In this document: positions 51,074-61,629 of the stretch, one piece after another
How positions within the stretch are numbered: the first letter of the stretch is position 1
How the letters are laid out: every line of letters begins with the position of its first letter
Source: Candidatus Omnitrophota bacterium
Lineage (GTDB): Bacteria > Omnitrophota > JACPQZ01
Length of the DNA: 64,000 bases
NCBI GenBank assembly: GCA_016190205.1
Contig: JACPQZ010000048.1
Span: 13,943 to 77,942, forward strand
Direction: 5' to 3'
Position numbers and translations under genes: made by a program
The notes under the pieces: model-generated
The model's input: the letters and a program-made list of their open reading frames with translations, nothing else
Databases searched by the model: none
What the model was told of the DNA's origin: nothing

Positions 51074-52284
51074 TGCCTTGTACGCTTTGGTTAAGTTGGA
51101 GATACCTCACGGCGCGGCGCAAAGAGGCGCTCATCTCGGTGCATTCCCTTTTTGCGGTGCTGGGGGTGGCCGTCGGGGTGGCGGCCCTCATTGCGGTGAT
51201 CGCCGTCATGACCGGTTTCGACCGGGATCTACGCGAAAAAGTGATGGGGGTCAATGCCCACCTCATGATTGAAAGCGCGGGCGGGGTAAGCAGGCCGGAT
51301 GATCTGGTGCGCCGGCTGGAGCGGGCGGACGGCATTCGGGCCGCGTCTCCCTATGTGGCCGGGCAGGCGATCATGAAGGCCCGTGAGGTCGTGTTCGGCG
51401 TCGCCTTCCGGGGGGTAGATCCGCTGGGTGAGGCACGCGCGGACGGGGCAGCCCGTTACGTCCGCGAAGGGTCTTCCGATTTTGGCTCTGGAAACGGTAT
51501 CTGGATTGGAACGGAGCTCGCGCGTACCCTCGGGCTTAAAGTGGGCAGCGACTGCGCCCTCATATCCCCGGTGGACGGAAAGGAGCGCGATTTCCGTGTC
51601 AGCGCCATCTTTGATTCGGGGATGTATGAGTACGATGCGACCCTGGTTTTCATCGCCGTTCATACGGCGCAGGAGCTGCTGCGTCTGACTGACCAAAGGG
51701 TGACGGGCATCTCTGTGTGGCTCGATTCGCCGGGCAAGCTTAAGCTGGTTCAGGGCCGGCTGGCAAGCGAGCTGGGGCCATTTTACTGGGTGCGCAGTTG
51801 GTTGGACTTAAATGAAAACTTATTTAGCGCGATCCGCATCGAAAAGATCGTCATGTTCGTGATTCTCACGCTTATCATCATGGTCGCGGCCTTTAATATC
51901 GCCTCGAGTCTTACCATGATGGTGATGCAGAAGACGCGGGAGATCGGGGTGTTGCGCGCCCTGGGGGCAACGGCGGCTGGGATCCATCAGATCTTTTTTC
52001 TACAGGGGCTGTGGATCGGAGGGCTGGGACTCGCCCTGGGGGTGGCCGGCGGGATGGCCATCACCCTGAATTTGAACCGTATGGCGGACGTCCTGGAACA
52101 CCTGACCGGCTTTGAGATCTTTCCGAAGAACATCTACTACTTTGACCGGATCCCCACGGTCATTGAAGTACACGACATTGTCTGGGTTGCCGCCTGTGCG
52201 GTGTTAGTCACTCTCATTGCCAGTCTCTATCCTGCACGGCATGCCTCGAGGCTTGAGCCGGTGGAGGCGCTCCGGTATGAATAG
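51070..52284 (+). CDS. lolE: Lipoprotein-releasing ABC permease LolC/E
   Basis: GVAALIAVIAVMTGF, FDSGMYEYD, VAAFNI, REIGVLRALGA, PVEALRYE. Confidence 0.9.
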   Translation: MMPCTLWLSWRYLTARRKEALISVHSLFAVLGVAVGVAALIAVIAVMTGFDRDLREKVMGVNAHLMIESAGGVSRPDDLVRRLERADGIRAASPYVAGQAIMKAREVVFGVAFRGVDPLGEARADGAARYVREGSSDFGSGNGIWIGTELARTLGLKVGSDCALISPVDGKERDFRVSAIFDSGMYEYDATLVFIAVHTAQELLRLTDQRVTGISVWLDSPGKLKLVQGRLASELGPFYWVRSWLDLNENLFSAIRIEKIVMFVILTLIIMVAAFNIASSLTMMVMQKTREIGVLRALGATAAGIHQIFFLQGLWIGGLGLALGVAGGMAITLNLNRMADVLEHLTGFEIFPKNIYYFDRIPTVIEVHDIVWVAACAVLVTLIASLYPARHASRLEPVEALRYE

Positions 52285-53011
52285 ACCCGAGACCCGAGAC
52301 CAGAGACCCGAGACTGAAGGAGACGGGCTAGAGAGGCAGTCTCAAGCGGCGCTGATCGAGGTGCAGGGACTCACGAGGGAGTTTAAGAGCGGGGCGGGCG
52401 TCGTACGGGTTCTGCGGGGCGTGGATCTCACCGTCCGGCGTGGGGAGGCGGTGGTCATTACCGGGCCTTCGGGTTCTGGAAAGAGCACGCTCCTTCACTG
52501 CATAGGGGCGCTCCTAAAACCCACCTCGGGAAGGGTGCTGGTAGGGGGTCAGGATCCCTGGACCTGGTCGGATCGTGAGCGATCCGAGTTAAGGGCGCGG
52601 CGCGTCGGATTTATTTTCCAGGCCCATGAGCTGCTTCCCGATCTTACGGTGCTTGAAAATTGCATGCTTGCCGGACGCATAGCGGGAATGCGCTCGGTCA
52701 AGAAGGCGGCCAAGGACCTCCTGGACGGCCTCGGGCTCGGAGATTGTCTCTACAAATATCCGAGTCAGATATCTGGGGGCGAGTCGCAGCGGGTGGCTAT
52801 TGCGCGGGCCCTAGTCAAGGGACCCGAGCTTTTGCTGTGTGATGAGCCGACGGGCAACCTGGATCCGGAAAACGCGCAGCAGGTCTTGAATCTCATGTCC
52901 GGTCTTAAGCGCGAGGCGGGTCACGGTCTCATTGTCGTCACACACAACCCCGAGCTCGTGCGCATTGCCGACCGGGTGTACAGATTAGAGAACGGGGTTT
53001 TAAGCAATTGA
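52277..53011 (+). CDS. lolD: Lipoprotein-releasing ABC ATPase
   Basis: GPSGSGKST, GFIFQ, SGGESQRVA, DEPTGNLD; N-terminus extended by a heptamer repeat. Confidence 0.88.
   Translation: MNRPETRDQRPETEGDGLERQSQAALIEVQGLTREFKSGAGVVRVLRGVDLTVRRGEAVVITGPSGSGKSTLLHCIGALLKPTSGRVLVGGQDPWTWSDRERSELRARRVGFIFQAHELLPDLTVLENCMLAGRIAGMRSVKKAAKDLLDGLGLGDCLYKYPSQISGGESQRVAIARALVKGPELLLCDEPTGNLDPENAQQVLNLMSGLKREAGHGLIVVTHNPELVRIADRVYRLENGVLSN
52283..52314. repeat. Heptamer repeat (AGACCCG)x4 in the lolD 5' end
   Basis: Encodes RPETRDQRPET. Confidence 0.88.
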
Positions 53012-53254
53012 AGATACCAGAAACCAGTAACCAGTTACCAGATAGATACCAGAAACCAGATGCCAGAGAGAAAGGATAAAATTCGAAATACGAAATTCGA
53101 AGCACGAACAAATTCAAAATCCGAAATCCGAAATGTTGAACCCCCGTTTTTGAATTTCTAATTTCGAATTTCGATATTGTTCGGATTTTGGTATTTGAAT
53201 TTCGGATTTTTCTGGTATCTGGTATCTTCTGGTTTCTGGCAACTGGTATCTGGT
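53012..53254. repeat. Nested inverted heptamer arrays (outer ACCAG type, inner CGAAAT type)
   Basis: Outer arms 53012-53067 / 53211-53254; inner arms ~53078-53134 / ~53147-53210. Confidence 0.9.
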
Positions 53255-53270
53255 CACTAAAGGAATAATT

Positions 53271-54140
53271 ATGAAAGTTTACATCGACGGCAAATGGGTT
53301 CCCGAGAAAGACGCCCGCGTTTCTGTCTTTGACCATGGGCTCCTGTACGGGGACGGTGTCTTCGAGGGCATCCGGTCCTATAACAGCCACGTCTTTAAGC
53401 TCAATGAGCACATCGACCGCCTGTATGAGTCGGCCAACTCAATCATGCTCAAGATCCCGTTGTCCAAGCCTGCCATGAGGAGGGCCGTGATCCAGACGCT
53501 TAAAATCAACCATCTTGAAAATGCGTACATCCGGCTCGTGGTCACGCGGGGGAAGGGCGATCTGGGTCTCGACCCGCGCAAGTGCCGGCGCGCCACGACC
53601 ATTATCATCACGGATCGGATCAAGCTTTACCCCAAGGCGCTCTATGAAAACGGATTATCCCTTATCACGGTGCCGACCCAGCGCAATATCCCGGAGGCCT
53701 TGAACCCCCAGATCAAGTCCCTGAATTACTTGAACAATATCCTGGCCAAGATCGAGGCCAATCTGGCGGGTGCGGTAGAGGCAATCATGCTCACGGCGCA
53801 GGGATATGTCGCGGAGTGCACGGGAGAGAATATTTTTATCATCAAGAAGGGAGAGCTCTACACTCCCCCTTGCTGGCTCGGGGCCTTGAGGGGGATCACG
53901 CGGGAGGCCATCATCCTGATTGCGCGGCGCTTGCGCATTCCCTGCGCGGAGCAGGTGCTCACGCGGCACGACCTGTTTAATGCCCATGAAATGTTTTTGA
54001 CCGGCACGGCGGCAGAGGTGGTGCCTGTCGTTCAGGTGGACGGGCGCAGCATCGGGACGGGCCGGCCGGGGCCGGTCACCGGGCTTTTGCGCCGCGAATT
54101 CCGGAGAATGACGCAGACGGAGGGTGTACCCATCAAGTGA
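53271..54140 (+). CDS. ilvE: Branched-chain amino acid aminotransferase
   Basis: DHGLLYGDGVFEG, KSLNY, LRGITR, TGTAAEV. Confidence 0.96.
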   Translation: MKVYIDGKWVPEKDARVSVFDHGLLYGDGVFEGIRSYNSHVFKLNEHIDRLYESANSIMLKIPLSKPAMRRAVIQTLKINHLENAYIRLVVTRGKGDLGLDPRKCRRATTIIITDRIKLYPKALYENGLSLITVPTQRNIPEALNPQIKSLNYLNNILAKIEANLAGAVEAIMLTAQGYVAECTGENIFIIKKGELYTPPCWLGALRGITREAIILIARRLRIPCAEQVLTRHDLFNAHEMFLTGTAAEVVPVVQVDGRSIGTGRPGPVTGLLRREFRRMTQTEGVPIK

Positions 54141-54153
54141 GAGCGAGCGCGCG

Positions 54154-54230
54154 TCGTGCATCGTGCAGCGTTCATCGTGCATCGTATTTTTCCCGCGCAC
54201 GAAGCACGAAGCACGAAGCACGAAGCACGA
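54154..54230. repeat. Inverted heptamer arrays (TCGTGCA)n / (GCACGAA)n
   Basis: ilvE-mcsA spacer. Confidence 0.88.
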
Positions 54231-54245
54231 GAGGATGCTTTATCA

Positions 54246-54770
54246 ATGGTATGTGAAAATTGCGGCAAAAAGCAGGCAACGGTCCACCTGACCGAGATCA
54301 TCAACGGCAAGATGTCGGAGCTCCATCTCTGCGACACCTGTGCGCAGGAAAAGGGGGCATCCATGAAGCAGCACTTTTCCCTGGCCGATCTTTTGGCCGG
54401 GCTTACGGATGTGGGGATGGCCGGCGCGACATCCCAGGAGACCCCCGTCTGTCCGAACTGCGGCCTGTCTTACGCTGATTTCAAGAAGGTCGGCCGACTG
54501 GGATGCAGCGAGTGCTATGAAGCATTCAGGGAAAGCCTCGCCCCGCTTCTAAAGCGCATTCACGGTTCGACGCGCCATGTCGGGCGCATGCCGGAGCGTT
54601 CCGGAAAGACGACGGAGAAAGGGAACCAGTTCCAGGACCTGGCCAAGAGGCTCGAACACGCCATTGCGACGGAAGAATACGAGGAGGCCGCGCGCCTCCG
54701 GGATGAGATGCGCAAAATGGAAACAGCGGAGCGCCGGGTGAAAGACCGGCCCAAGAAAGAGGAAGCATGA
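54246..54770 (+). CDS. mcsA: Protein-arginine kinase activator McsA
   Basis: Four CxxC motifs plus UVR domain (EEYEEAARLRD). Confidence 0.95.
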   Translation: MVCENCGKKQATVHLTEIINGKMSELHLCDTCAQEKGASMKQHFSLADLLAGLTDVGMAGATSQETPVCPNCGLSYADFKKVGRLGCSECYEAFRESLAPLLKRIHGSTRHVGRMPERSGKTTEKGNQFQDLAKRLEHAIATEEYEEAARLRDEMRKMETAERRVKDRPKKEEA

Positions 54771-55828
54771 AACTGGATGATTTGGTGCATGAAGTCAGCG
54801 AATGGTTGAAGGGGAGCGGGCCCGATCCGGACATCGTCATTTCCTCCCGCGTGCGTCTCGCCCGCAACATCCAGTCGAGCCCCTTTGTCCACTGGGCGAA
54901 TCGCCGGAAGGGGAAGTCCATTCTTTCAAAGCTCGAGGAGGCCGTAGGCGCGATCCCGCACATGAAAAGCGCGCTCTTTTTGCGTATCGACGAATTGACG
55001 GAGACCGACAAGCAGTTTCTCCTGGAGCGGCACCTCATCAGCCACGAACATGCGCAGGGCGGCGGCTTCAGGGGCGTGGCGATCAGCGATCGGGAGGTCA
55101 TCAGCATTATGCTGAACGAAGAGGATCACCTGCGCATCCAGGTGCTTCAGTCCGGCTTTAATTTGTCCGAGGCCTGGCGGCTGGCTTCTTCTGTGGACCG
55201 GGAACTCGAGCAGCGTCTGGAGTTAGCGTATAGCCCGTCCTGGGGATATCTCACGGCCTGCCCGACCAATACGGGCACTGGATTGCGCGCCTCGGTCATG
55301 GTGCATCTACCCTGCCTTATGATGACCAAGCAGATCGGAAAGGTCCTGCAGGCCCTCAACAAACTGTCCCTCGCGGCGCGGGGACTCTTCGGAGAAGGGA
55401 CCGAGGCGGCCGGAAACTTTTTCCAGTTTTCGAATCAGGTCACCCTGGGGCAGTCTGAAGAAGATATCATCGACAATCTGGAGCGCGTGATCCGGCAGAT
55501 CATCGATCATGAGAAGGAGGCGCGCAAGGTGCTCCTCGGGCAAAACAAGGAAAAGCTCTTCGATCAGATCTGGCGCTCCTACGGGACGTTACGGAATTCC
55601 TACATTATTAATTCCCAGGAGACCATCAACCTGATGTCTCTGGTGCGTCTCGGGGTGGACATGGGCATCGTGTCCAACATCGACCGCAAGGTGGTCAATG
55701 AACTTTTTATCCTAACGCAGCCGGCCCATCTCCAGAAACTGGAGGGGAAGGATCTCACCCCGCAGGAGCGGGATGTCAAGCGGGCAGAACTCATACGGGG
55801 AAAGTTGAATCATGAAGGGAGAAAATAA
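54767..55828 (+). CDS. mcsB: Protein arginine kinase McsB
   Basis: SSRVRLARN, NEEDHLR, GYLTACPTNTGTG. Confidence 0.96.
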   Translation: MKLDDLVHEVSEWLKGSGPDPDIVISSRVRLARNIQSSPFVHWANRRKGKSILSKLEEAVGAIPHMKSALFLRIDELTETDKQFLLERHLISHEHAQGGGFRGVAISDREVISIMLNEEDHLRIQVLQSGFNLSEAWRLASSVDRELEQRLELAYSPSWGYLTACPTNTGTGLRASVMVHLPCLMMTKQIGKVLQALNKLSLAARGLFGEGTEAAGNFFQFSNQVTLGQSEEDIIDNLERVIRQIIDHEKEARKVLLGQNKEKLFDQIWRSYGTLRNSYIINSQETINLMSLVRLGVDMGIVSNIDRKVVNELFILTQPAHLQKLEGKDLTPQERDVKRAELIRGKLNHEGRK

Positions 55829-58296
55829 TGTTTGACCGTTTTACGGAGCGGGCGCGTAAAGTCGTCATTCTGGCGAAGGAAGAGGCGCGCAGGTTTAACC
55901 ACGATTATATGGGCACCGAGCATATTCTTTTGGGTCTCATCAAGGAGGGGGAGGGCGTGGCGGCCGCCGTGCTCCAAAATCTGGGTTTGAGCTTGGACAC
56001 GATCCGCCTTGAGGTGGAGAAGCTGGTTCAGCCGGGGCCCGCCACGATGGTGAGCGGGGATGTCCCCTTTACCCCGAAGGCGAAGAAGGCCATAGAACTC
56101 GCGATGGATGAGGCGCGCAAGCTGGGGCACAACTACATCGGGACGGAACACCTGCTCCTGGGTCTCATCCGGGAAGGGGAGGGCGTGGCGAGCCACGTGC
56201 TTTTGAACCAGGGCCTCGACCTGTCGCGGGTGCGCACGGAGGTCATGAAGCTCTTGGGCTCCGCGAGCCCCCAGATGTCTGCGGGGGAGGGCGGTGTGCC
56301 GGGCGGCTCCCAGAGCCGGGGCGCGGGCGCAGCGCGGGGCACGCGCACCAAGACGCCGGCCCTGGATGCCTTTGGAAGGGATTTGACGCAGCTCGCCCGC
56401 GAGGGGAAGCTGGACCCTGTGGTGAACCGCCAGGATGAGATTGAACGGGTCACGCAGATCCTTTCCCGGCGCACTAAAAATAACCCCGTTCTCCTGGGAG
56501 AAGCCGGGGTCGGGAAGACCGCCATCGTGGAAGGCTTGGCACAGCGCATCGTGGACGGCAATGTGCCGGAGATCCTTCGCGAAAGGCGGGTGATCGTGCT
56601 GGACCTGGCCCTCATGGTTGCGGGTACCAAGTACCGCGGACAATTCGAGGAGAGGATCAAGTCCGCCATGGACGAGATCCGGCGCAGCGAGAACATCATC
56701 ATCTTTATCGACGAGCTCCATACCCTCGTGGGCGCGGGCGGGGCGGAGGGGGCGATAGACGCCTCCAATATCCTCAAGCCTGCGCTCTCGCGCGGGGAGC
56801 TTCAGTGCATCGGGGCCACGACGCTGGATGAATACCGGAAATATATCGAGAAGGACGCTGCCCTCGAGCGGCGCTTCCAGACCATTATGGTCGACCCGCC
56901 GACGGTGGAGGAAACCGTGGAGATCCTGAAGGGCTTAAGGGATCGGTACGAGGCCCACCACCGGGCCAAGTACACGGATGAGGCCCTTGCGGAGGCCGCG
57001 AAGCTTTCGGATCGTTACATCACGGGCCGTTTTCTCCCGGACAAGGCTATAGACGTCATCGATGAGGCGGGTGCCCGGGCGCGGCTTTCGGTCACCACGG
57101 CGCCGCCGGACGTCAAGAAGCTCGAAAAGGAGATCGAGGTGACTCGCAAGGAAAAGGAAGAGGCCATACGCGGGCAGGACTTTGAAAAGGCGGCTAAGAT
57201 GCGCGATATCGAGCGCAGGCAGCGGGAAAAGCTGGAAGAGGTCAAGCGCAGTTGGAGAAAGGACAAGGCCGATGCGGTCGTCGAGATCTCCGCTGACGAT
57301 ATTGCCACCGTGGTGGCCAAGTGGACGGGTGTCCCCATTTCCCGCCTGGGGGAGGAGGAAACGGGGCGGCTTTTAAAGATGGAAGAGGAGATTTACAAGC
57401 GGGTGGTGGGACAGGAAGAGGCTGTAAAAGGCATTGCCGAGGCCATCCGGCGCGCCCGGGCGGGACTCAAGGACCCGAAACGCCCCATCGGTTCTTTTCT
57501 CTTTCTGGGTCCTACGGGCGTTGGGAAGACGCTCCTGGCCAAGACACTGGCCGAATTTCTCTTCGGAAATGAGGAGGCCCTGATTACCATTGACATGTCC
57601 GAGTACATGGAGAAATTCAATGTGTCCCGGCTGGTAGGGGCGCCTCCGGGCTATGTGGGTTATGAAGAGGGCGGCCAGCTCACCGAAAAGGTGCGGCGCA
57701 GGCCTTATTCCGTCGTCCTCCTCGATGAGATTGAGAAGGCCCATCCGGACGTCTTCAATGTCCTTCTGCAGGTCATGGAAGACGGGCGGCTGACAGACAG
57801 CTTCGGGCGCAGGGTCGATTTCAGGAACACGATTCTCATCATGACCTCTAACATCGGCGCGGAGTTTGTGCGCAAACAGGCGAGCATGGGTTTTCAGCCG
57901 CAAGCGGAGGACGTGACGTACGACAAACTCAAACAGATGCTCATGGATGAGTCCAAGAAGATCTTCCGGCCCGAGTTTTTGAACCGCGTGGATGAAACCA
58001 TTGTCTTCCGGCCGCTCCATAAAGACGATTTGAAAAAGATAGTTGATATCGAGGTCTGGGGGGTAAAGGAGCGCCTCAAGCAGCGCGACATCAACATTGA
58101 TCTTGAGAAGAGCGCCAAGGATTTTCTCATCGAGAAGGGTTATGACCCCGTCTTCGGCGCCCGTCCCTTGCGCAGGACCATACAGAGGTATCTTGAGAAC
58201 CCGCTGGCAGAGGAACTCTTGAAGGGCAGATTCAAGGGTAAAAACAAAATAAAAGTCACCGCGGCAAAAGAGGAGCTGGTTTTTGAGGAGGCTTAG
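55828..58296 (+). CDS. clpC: ATP-dependent Clp protease ATPase ClpC
   Basis: Two Clp-N repeats, [19 protein letters not shown]. Confidence 0.97.
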   Translation: MFDRFTERARKVVILAKEEARRFNHDYMGTEHILLGLIKEGEGVAAAVLQNLGLSLDTIRLEVEKLVQPGPATMVSGDVPFTPKAKKAIELAMDEARKLGHNYIGTEHLLLGLIREGEGVASHVLLNQGLDLSRVRTEVMKLLGSASPQMSAGEGGVPGGSQSRGAGAARGTRTKTPALDAFGRDLTQLAREGKLDPVVNRQDEIERVTQILSRRTKNNPVLLGEAGVGKTAIVEGLAQRIVDGNVPEILRERRVIVLDLALMVAGTKYRGQFEERIKSAMDEIRRSENIIIFIDELHTLVGAGGAEGAIDASNILKPALSRGELQCIGATTLDEYRKYIEKDAALERRFQTIMVDPPTVEETVEILKGLRDRYEAHHRAKYTDEALAEAAKLSDRYITGRFLPDKAIDVIDEAGARARLSVTTAPPDVKKLEKEIEVTRKEKEEAIRGQDFEKAAKMRDIERRQREKLEEVKRSWRKDKADAVVEISADDIATVVAKWTGVPISRLGEEETGRLLKMEEEIYKRVVGQEEAVKGIAEAIRRARAGLKDPKRPIGSFLFLGPTGVGKTLLAKTLAEFLFGNEEALITIDMSEYMEKFNVSRLVGAPPGYVGYEEGGQLTEKVRRRPYSVVLLDEIEKAHPDVFNVLLQVMEDGRLTDSFGRRVDFRNTILIMTSNIGAEFVRKQASMGFQPQAEDVTYDKLKQMLMDESKKIFRPEFLNRVDETIVFRPLHKDDLKKIVDIEVWGVKERLKQRDINIDLEKSAKDFLIEKGYDPVFGARPLRRTIQRYLENPLAEELLKGRFKGKNKIKVTAAKEELVFEEA

Positions 58297-59932
58297 ACGC
58301 GCCCTTTTGGTTGTGGTTTTCGTGGTCTCCGCCACGACGGCCCTGGCCTACTGGATGGTTCGCGGCATCCCCCTGACGGGACGGCTTGAAGGGTGGGTGA
58401 AGACGCGGCTTTCCCGCGCGCTCGGGGTTGAAGTAAGTTTCGACCAGGTCCTATACCATCCGCCCGGCGTCCTCACCCTGGCGAACCTTTCCGTAACCCA
58501 CGCGGGGGAACCCGGGCTCGCTTTCAGTGCGGAGGCTGCGCGCTTGAGCGCGCAGCCGTTGGACATGCAGAAGGGCATTCAGTTTGACCTGCGGGGCGTC
58601 ACGGTAGGAATGGGTGAGGTCACAAGCCCCCGCGTCCCCCGGGCGAGGGCGCGCATCGTCCCGCAGGGCGGCGGGGTGAGCTGGCAGAATGCCGAGGCGT
58701 TTTTTCCGATGTTCGGACAGCCGGCGAGGTTTGCTTCACCATCGGGTTTTGTAAAACTGGCCGCTGAAGCCCAGGGGGCCTGGCTGTTTGAGTATCAAAC
58801 GGAGTGCGAACTTCAAGTTCGCTCGCTGGCCCTCTGGACGAAGGTCATGGGCAATGAGCGTGCGGCGGAGCTCGTGGGGCGTCTGGGCAGCGGGCCGGGA
58901 GATGCCCGGGAACTTGCCGCCACCCTGGAGTTCGGTGACGGCAAGGCGTGGATTGATCCGTTGCGGCTTGGGGATTGGCAGGGGCTCGAGTGCGAGCTCG
59001 ATTTTCGCAGCTCCACCCTTACGTTTTCTAAGGCGGATGGGGGGTTGCGTGTCTCCACGCGGTTTCATCTCGCGGAGGACAAACTCGACGGTGAAATCCA
59101 CTTGAATCACTGGATGCTGGCCCGCCTGGATATCGTCAGCAGGAGCGAGTTTTCGCTGGACTGGAGCCCGGCCACCAACCCTCACCACTCAATCCGGGGC
59201 GAGATGCGAAGCCCCTCCCTCGTCGTCAACCTCAAACCCGTGGACCCCTTAAGTTGTGATTTCGTGTGGGGCCCCGAGGGCCTTGTGATCAGCCGCGCGT
59301 CTTGGGGGGATGAGTTCGGGGCGCAGGGCAGGGTGGATGTCGAAAAACAAGAATTGGACTTCTCCATTGCCCTGCTGGATGCAGACCTCGACCACCTCAC
59401 GTTCGGACTGGAGGAGTTTGAGGGCGAACGCCAGGGCCGGGCCACCGGCACAGTCACTGTCAAGGGGCCCGCGCGCCTGCCGGAGGTTGAAGGAGACATT
59501 GTAGTCAAGGACGGTAAAAGGACCGATCTGGGGCCGTTCGATTCCATCAATCTCCATATGCGAGGCCGGGGAGCCCGATGGGATCTCTATGATTCCACCA
59601 TTTACAAGGAAACGGGCTCATTTCTCCTGACGGGTTGGATGGGGTTTGATTCCAGCGGCCTCGTCAAACACCTGGACGTCCACGGCCATGAAGGGGTCAT
59701 GGTTTTGAGCGGCTGGGATGTTACGGGTGACGACCGCATGGTCGAGGCGGGGAAGGAGATCGGCGATCGGTTCAAGGTCGGTCTTAAGGCGTATCTGGAT
59801 GAGGATTCCATGGCACGCGACGAACGCGACGAATTCGCGGTGGAGTACGGGCTTTCGGACCGTTCCAGCGTCGAGATGCGCCTGAGGGGTGAGGACCAGG
59901 TGCTGGGCGTCAAGCAAAAGAAGAGGTTTTAG
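58283..59932 (+). CDS. Membrane-anchored beta-rich AsmA/TamB-like periplasmic protein
   Basis: N-terminal TM, LSRALGVEVSF, alternating beta strands, VTVKGPARLPEVEG, C-terminal ...KKRF. Confidence 0.6.
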   Translation: MRRLRRALLVVVFVVSATTALAYWMVRGIPLTGRLEGWVKTRLSRALGVEVSFDQVLYHPPGVLTLANLSVTHAGEPGLAFSAEAARLSAQPLDMQKGIQFDLRGVTVGMGEVTSPRVPRARARIVPQGGGVSWQNAEAFFPMFGQPARFASPSGFVKLAAEAQGAWLFEYQTECELQVRSLALWTKVMGNERAAELVGRLGSGPGDARELAATLEFGDGKAWIDPLRLGDWQGLECELDFRSSTLTFSKADGGLRVSTRFHLAEDKLDGEIHLNHWMLARLDIVSRSEFSLDWSPATNPHHSIRGEMRSPSLVVNLKPVDPLSCDFVWGPEGLVISRASWGDEFGAQGRVDVEKQELDFSIALLDADLDHLTFGLEEFEGERQGRATGTVTVKGPARLPEVEGDIVVKDGKRTDLGPFDSINLHMRGRGARWDLYDSTIYKETGSFLLTGWMGFDSSGLVKHLDVHGHEGVMVLSGWDVTGDDRMVEAGKEIGDRFKVGLKAYLDEDSMARDERDEFAVEYGLSDRSSVEMRLRGEDQVLGVKQKKRF

Positions 59933-59943
59933 CGCGCGGGCAT

Positions 59944-60735
59944 ATGCATACGTCGCTGGTTGAGCGCTTCGGCGGTTTTGGCACGCGGTTCATGTCCCTC
60001 CTTCGTTATGTGGGCGGGGCCGTGCTCCTCTTTGTTGAGACAGTGCTGTGGTGCTTTGTTCCGCCTTTCCGGTGGCGGCACGTGCTCCATCAGATGATGC
60101 AGATCGGGGTGGCGAGTCTTCCCATCGTGTTTCTGACCTCTATCTTCACCGGTATCGTGCTTGCCCTCCAGAGCGCGTACCAGCTTCAGCAGATCTCGGC
60201 CCGGCTTTATATAGCGAATTTAGTGGCGCTTTCCATGACCCGGGAGCTCGGGCCGGTACTGACGGCCCTCGTGGTCGCGGGCCGCTGCGGGGCCTCCATT
60301 ACGGCTGAAATCGGCACGATGAAGGTGACTGAGCAGATCGATGCCCTTCAGACCCTGGCCACCAATCCGGTGCGGTACCTCGTGGTCCCGCGCTTTCTGG
60401 CCACCTTGATCATGCTGCCCCTCCTCACGGTCTATGCAGACGTGATCGGGATGTTTGGGGGCTACATGGTGGGTGTTTGGAAGCTTGGCATCGGGCACGG
60501 TGTATATATCAATATGACGGAGTCGAGCCTCATGCTCAAGGATGTCACCACAGGCCTTATTAAGTCCGTCGCCTTTTCCGTCATTATTTCCATCATCGGG
60601 TGCTATCAGGGATTCGTCACGGGGGGCGGGGCGGAGGGGGTCGGACGCGCCACCACGGTGAGCGTCGTGACGAGCTTCATCCTCATTATATCGGCTGACT
60701 GTTTGTTTACGGCGCTCTTTTATTTTGCGTTTTAA
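59944..60735 (+). CDS. mlaE: MlaE family ABC permease
   Basis: RELGPVLTAL, EIGTMKVTEQIDAL, GAEGVGRATT. Confidence 0.94.
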   Translation: MHTSLVERFGGFGTRFMSLLRYVGGAVLLFVETVLWCFVPPFRWRHVLHQMMQIGVASLPIVFLTSIFTGIVLALQSAYQLQQISARLYIANLVALSMTRELGPVLTALVVAGRCGASITAEIGTMKVTEQIDALQTLATNPVRYLVVPRFLATLIMLPLLTVYADVIGMFGGYMVGVWKLGIGHGVYINMTESSLMLKDVTTGLIKSVAFSVIISIIGCYQGFVTGGGAEGVGRATTVSVVTSFILIISADCLFTALFYFAF

Positions 60736-60745
60736 TGAATTTGTT

Positions 60746-60817
60746 CGTCCGTTGTACGTCGTCCCGCGTAAGGGTGGCGACGGACGCAGGACGCAGGACG
60801 CGGGACGCAGGATGCGA
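60746..60817. repeat. Heptamer array (GGACGCA)n with a degenerate inverted arm
   Basis: mlaE-mlaF spacer. Confidence 0.8.
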
Positions 60818-60819
60818 AC

Positions 60820-61629
60820 ATGATCGAAATTATTAACCTAACGAAATCCTTCAGCGGCCGCAAGGTGCTGGACAACCTGAACCTGACCATCCGGACCGGC
60901 GAGACGATGGTCATCATCGGAGGCTCCGGCTGTGGAAAGAGCGTGCTTTTAAAGCATATGATGGGAATCCTCAAACCTGAATCGGGCCAGGTCATGATTG
61001 ACAATCAGGATATCGCGCGCCTTCAGGGAGAGCGCCTGGATGAAATCCGGGTGAAGTTCGGGATGTTGTTTCAGGGCGCCGCGCTCTTTGATTCTCTGAC
61101 CGTGTTCGAAAACGTGGCCTTTACGGCCTTGGAGCACGGGATGCATGATGAAGCGAAGGTCCATGCGAAGGTGCGCGAAAAACTGGCCCTGGTGGGTTTG
61201 CGGGGCATCGAGCGCATGAAGCCCGCGGAGCTCTCCGGGGGCATGAGAAAGCGCGTGGGGCTTGCCCGGGCGCTCTTTACGGATCCCGAGACCGTGCTGT
61301 ACGACGAGCCCACGACGGGTCTGGACCCCATCATGGCGGACGTCATCAACGATCTCATCATCCAGATGCACGAGCGGTTTTCGGTCACCTCGGTGGCCGT
61401 GACCCATGACATGACCAGCGCCTACAAGATTGCAGATCGCATTGCCATGCTGTATGAGGGCAAGATCATCGAGGTGGGGACGCCCGATGAGATTAAGAAG
61501 ACATCCAACCCTGTCGTGGCTCAATTTATCCGGGGCGAGGCAGAGGGTCCCATCACCCGCACTAGCCGGTTAAGAGACATGCAAGATCATCACGAGGAGG
61601 CACCGTATGAAAGAGCAGATCGGGCTTGA
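60820..61629 (+). CDS. mlaF: MlaF family ABC ATPase
   Basis: GGSGCGKS, FQGAALFDSL, LSGGMRKRVGLARA, DEPTTGLDP. Confidence 0.94.
   Translation: MIEIINLTKSFSGRKVLDNLNLTIRTGETMVIIGGSGCGKSVLLKHMMGILKPESGQVMIDNQDIARLQGERLDEIRVKFGMLFQGAALFDSLTVFENVAFTALEHGMHDEAKVHAKVREKLALVGLRGIERMKPAELSGGMRKRVGLARALFTDPETVLYDEPTTGLDPIMADVINDLIIQMHERFSVTSVAVTHDMTSAYKIADRIAMLYEGKIIEVGTPDEIKKTSNPVVAQFIRGEAEGPITRTSRLRDMQDHHEEAPYERADRA

Noticed and set aside
54156-54245. ORF-track N-terminal extensions of McsA (and Rrf2, CYTH, LolD, SufC)
   Set aside because: Translated repeats or overlaps; downstream starts match family N-termini
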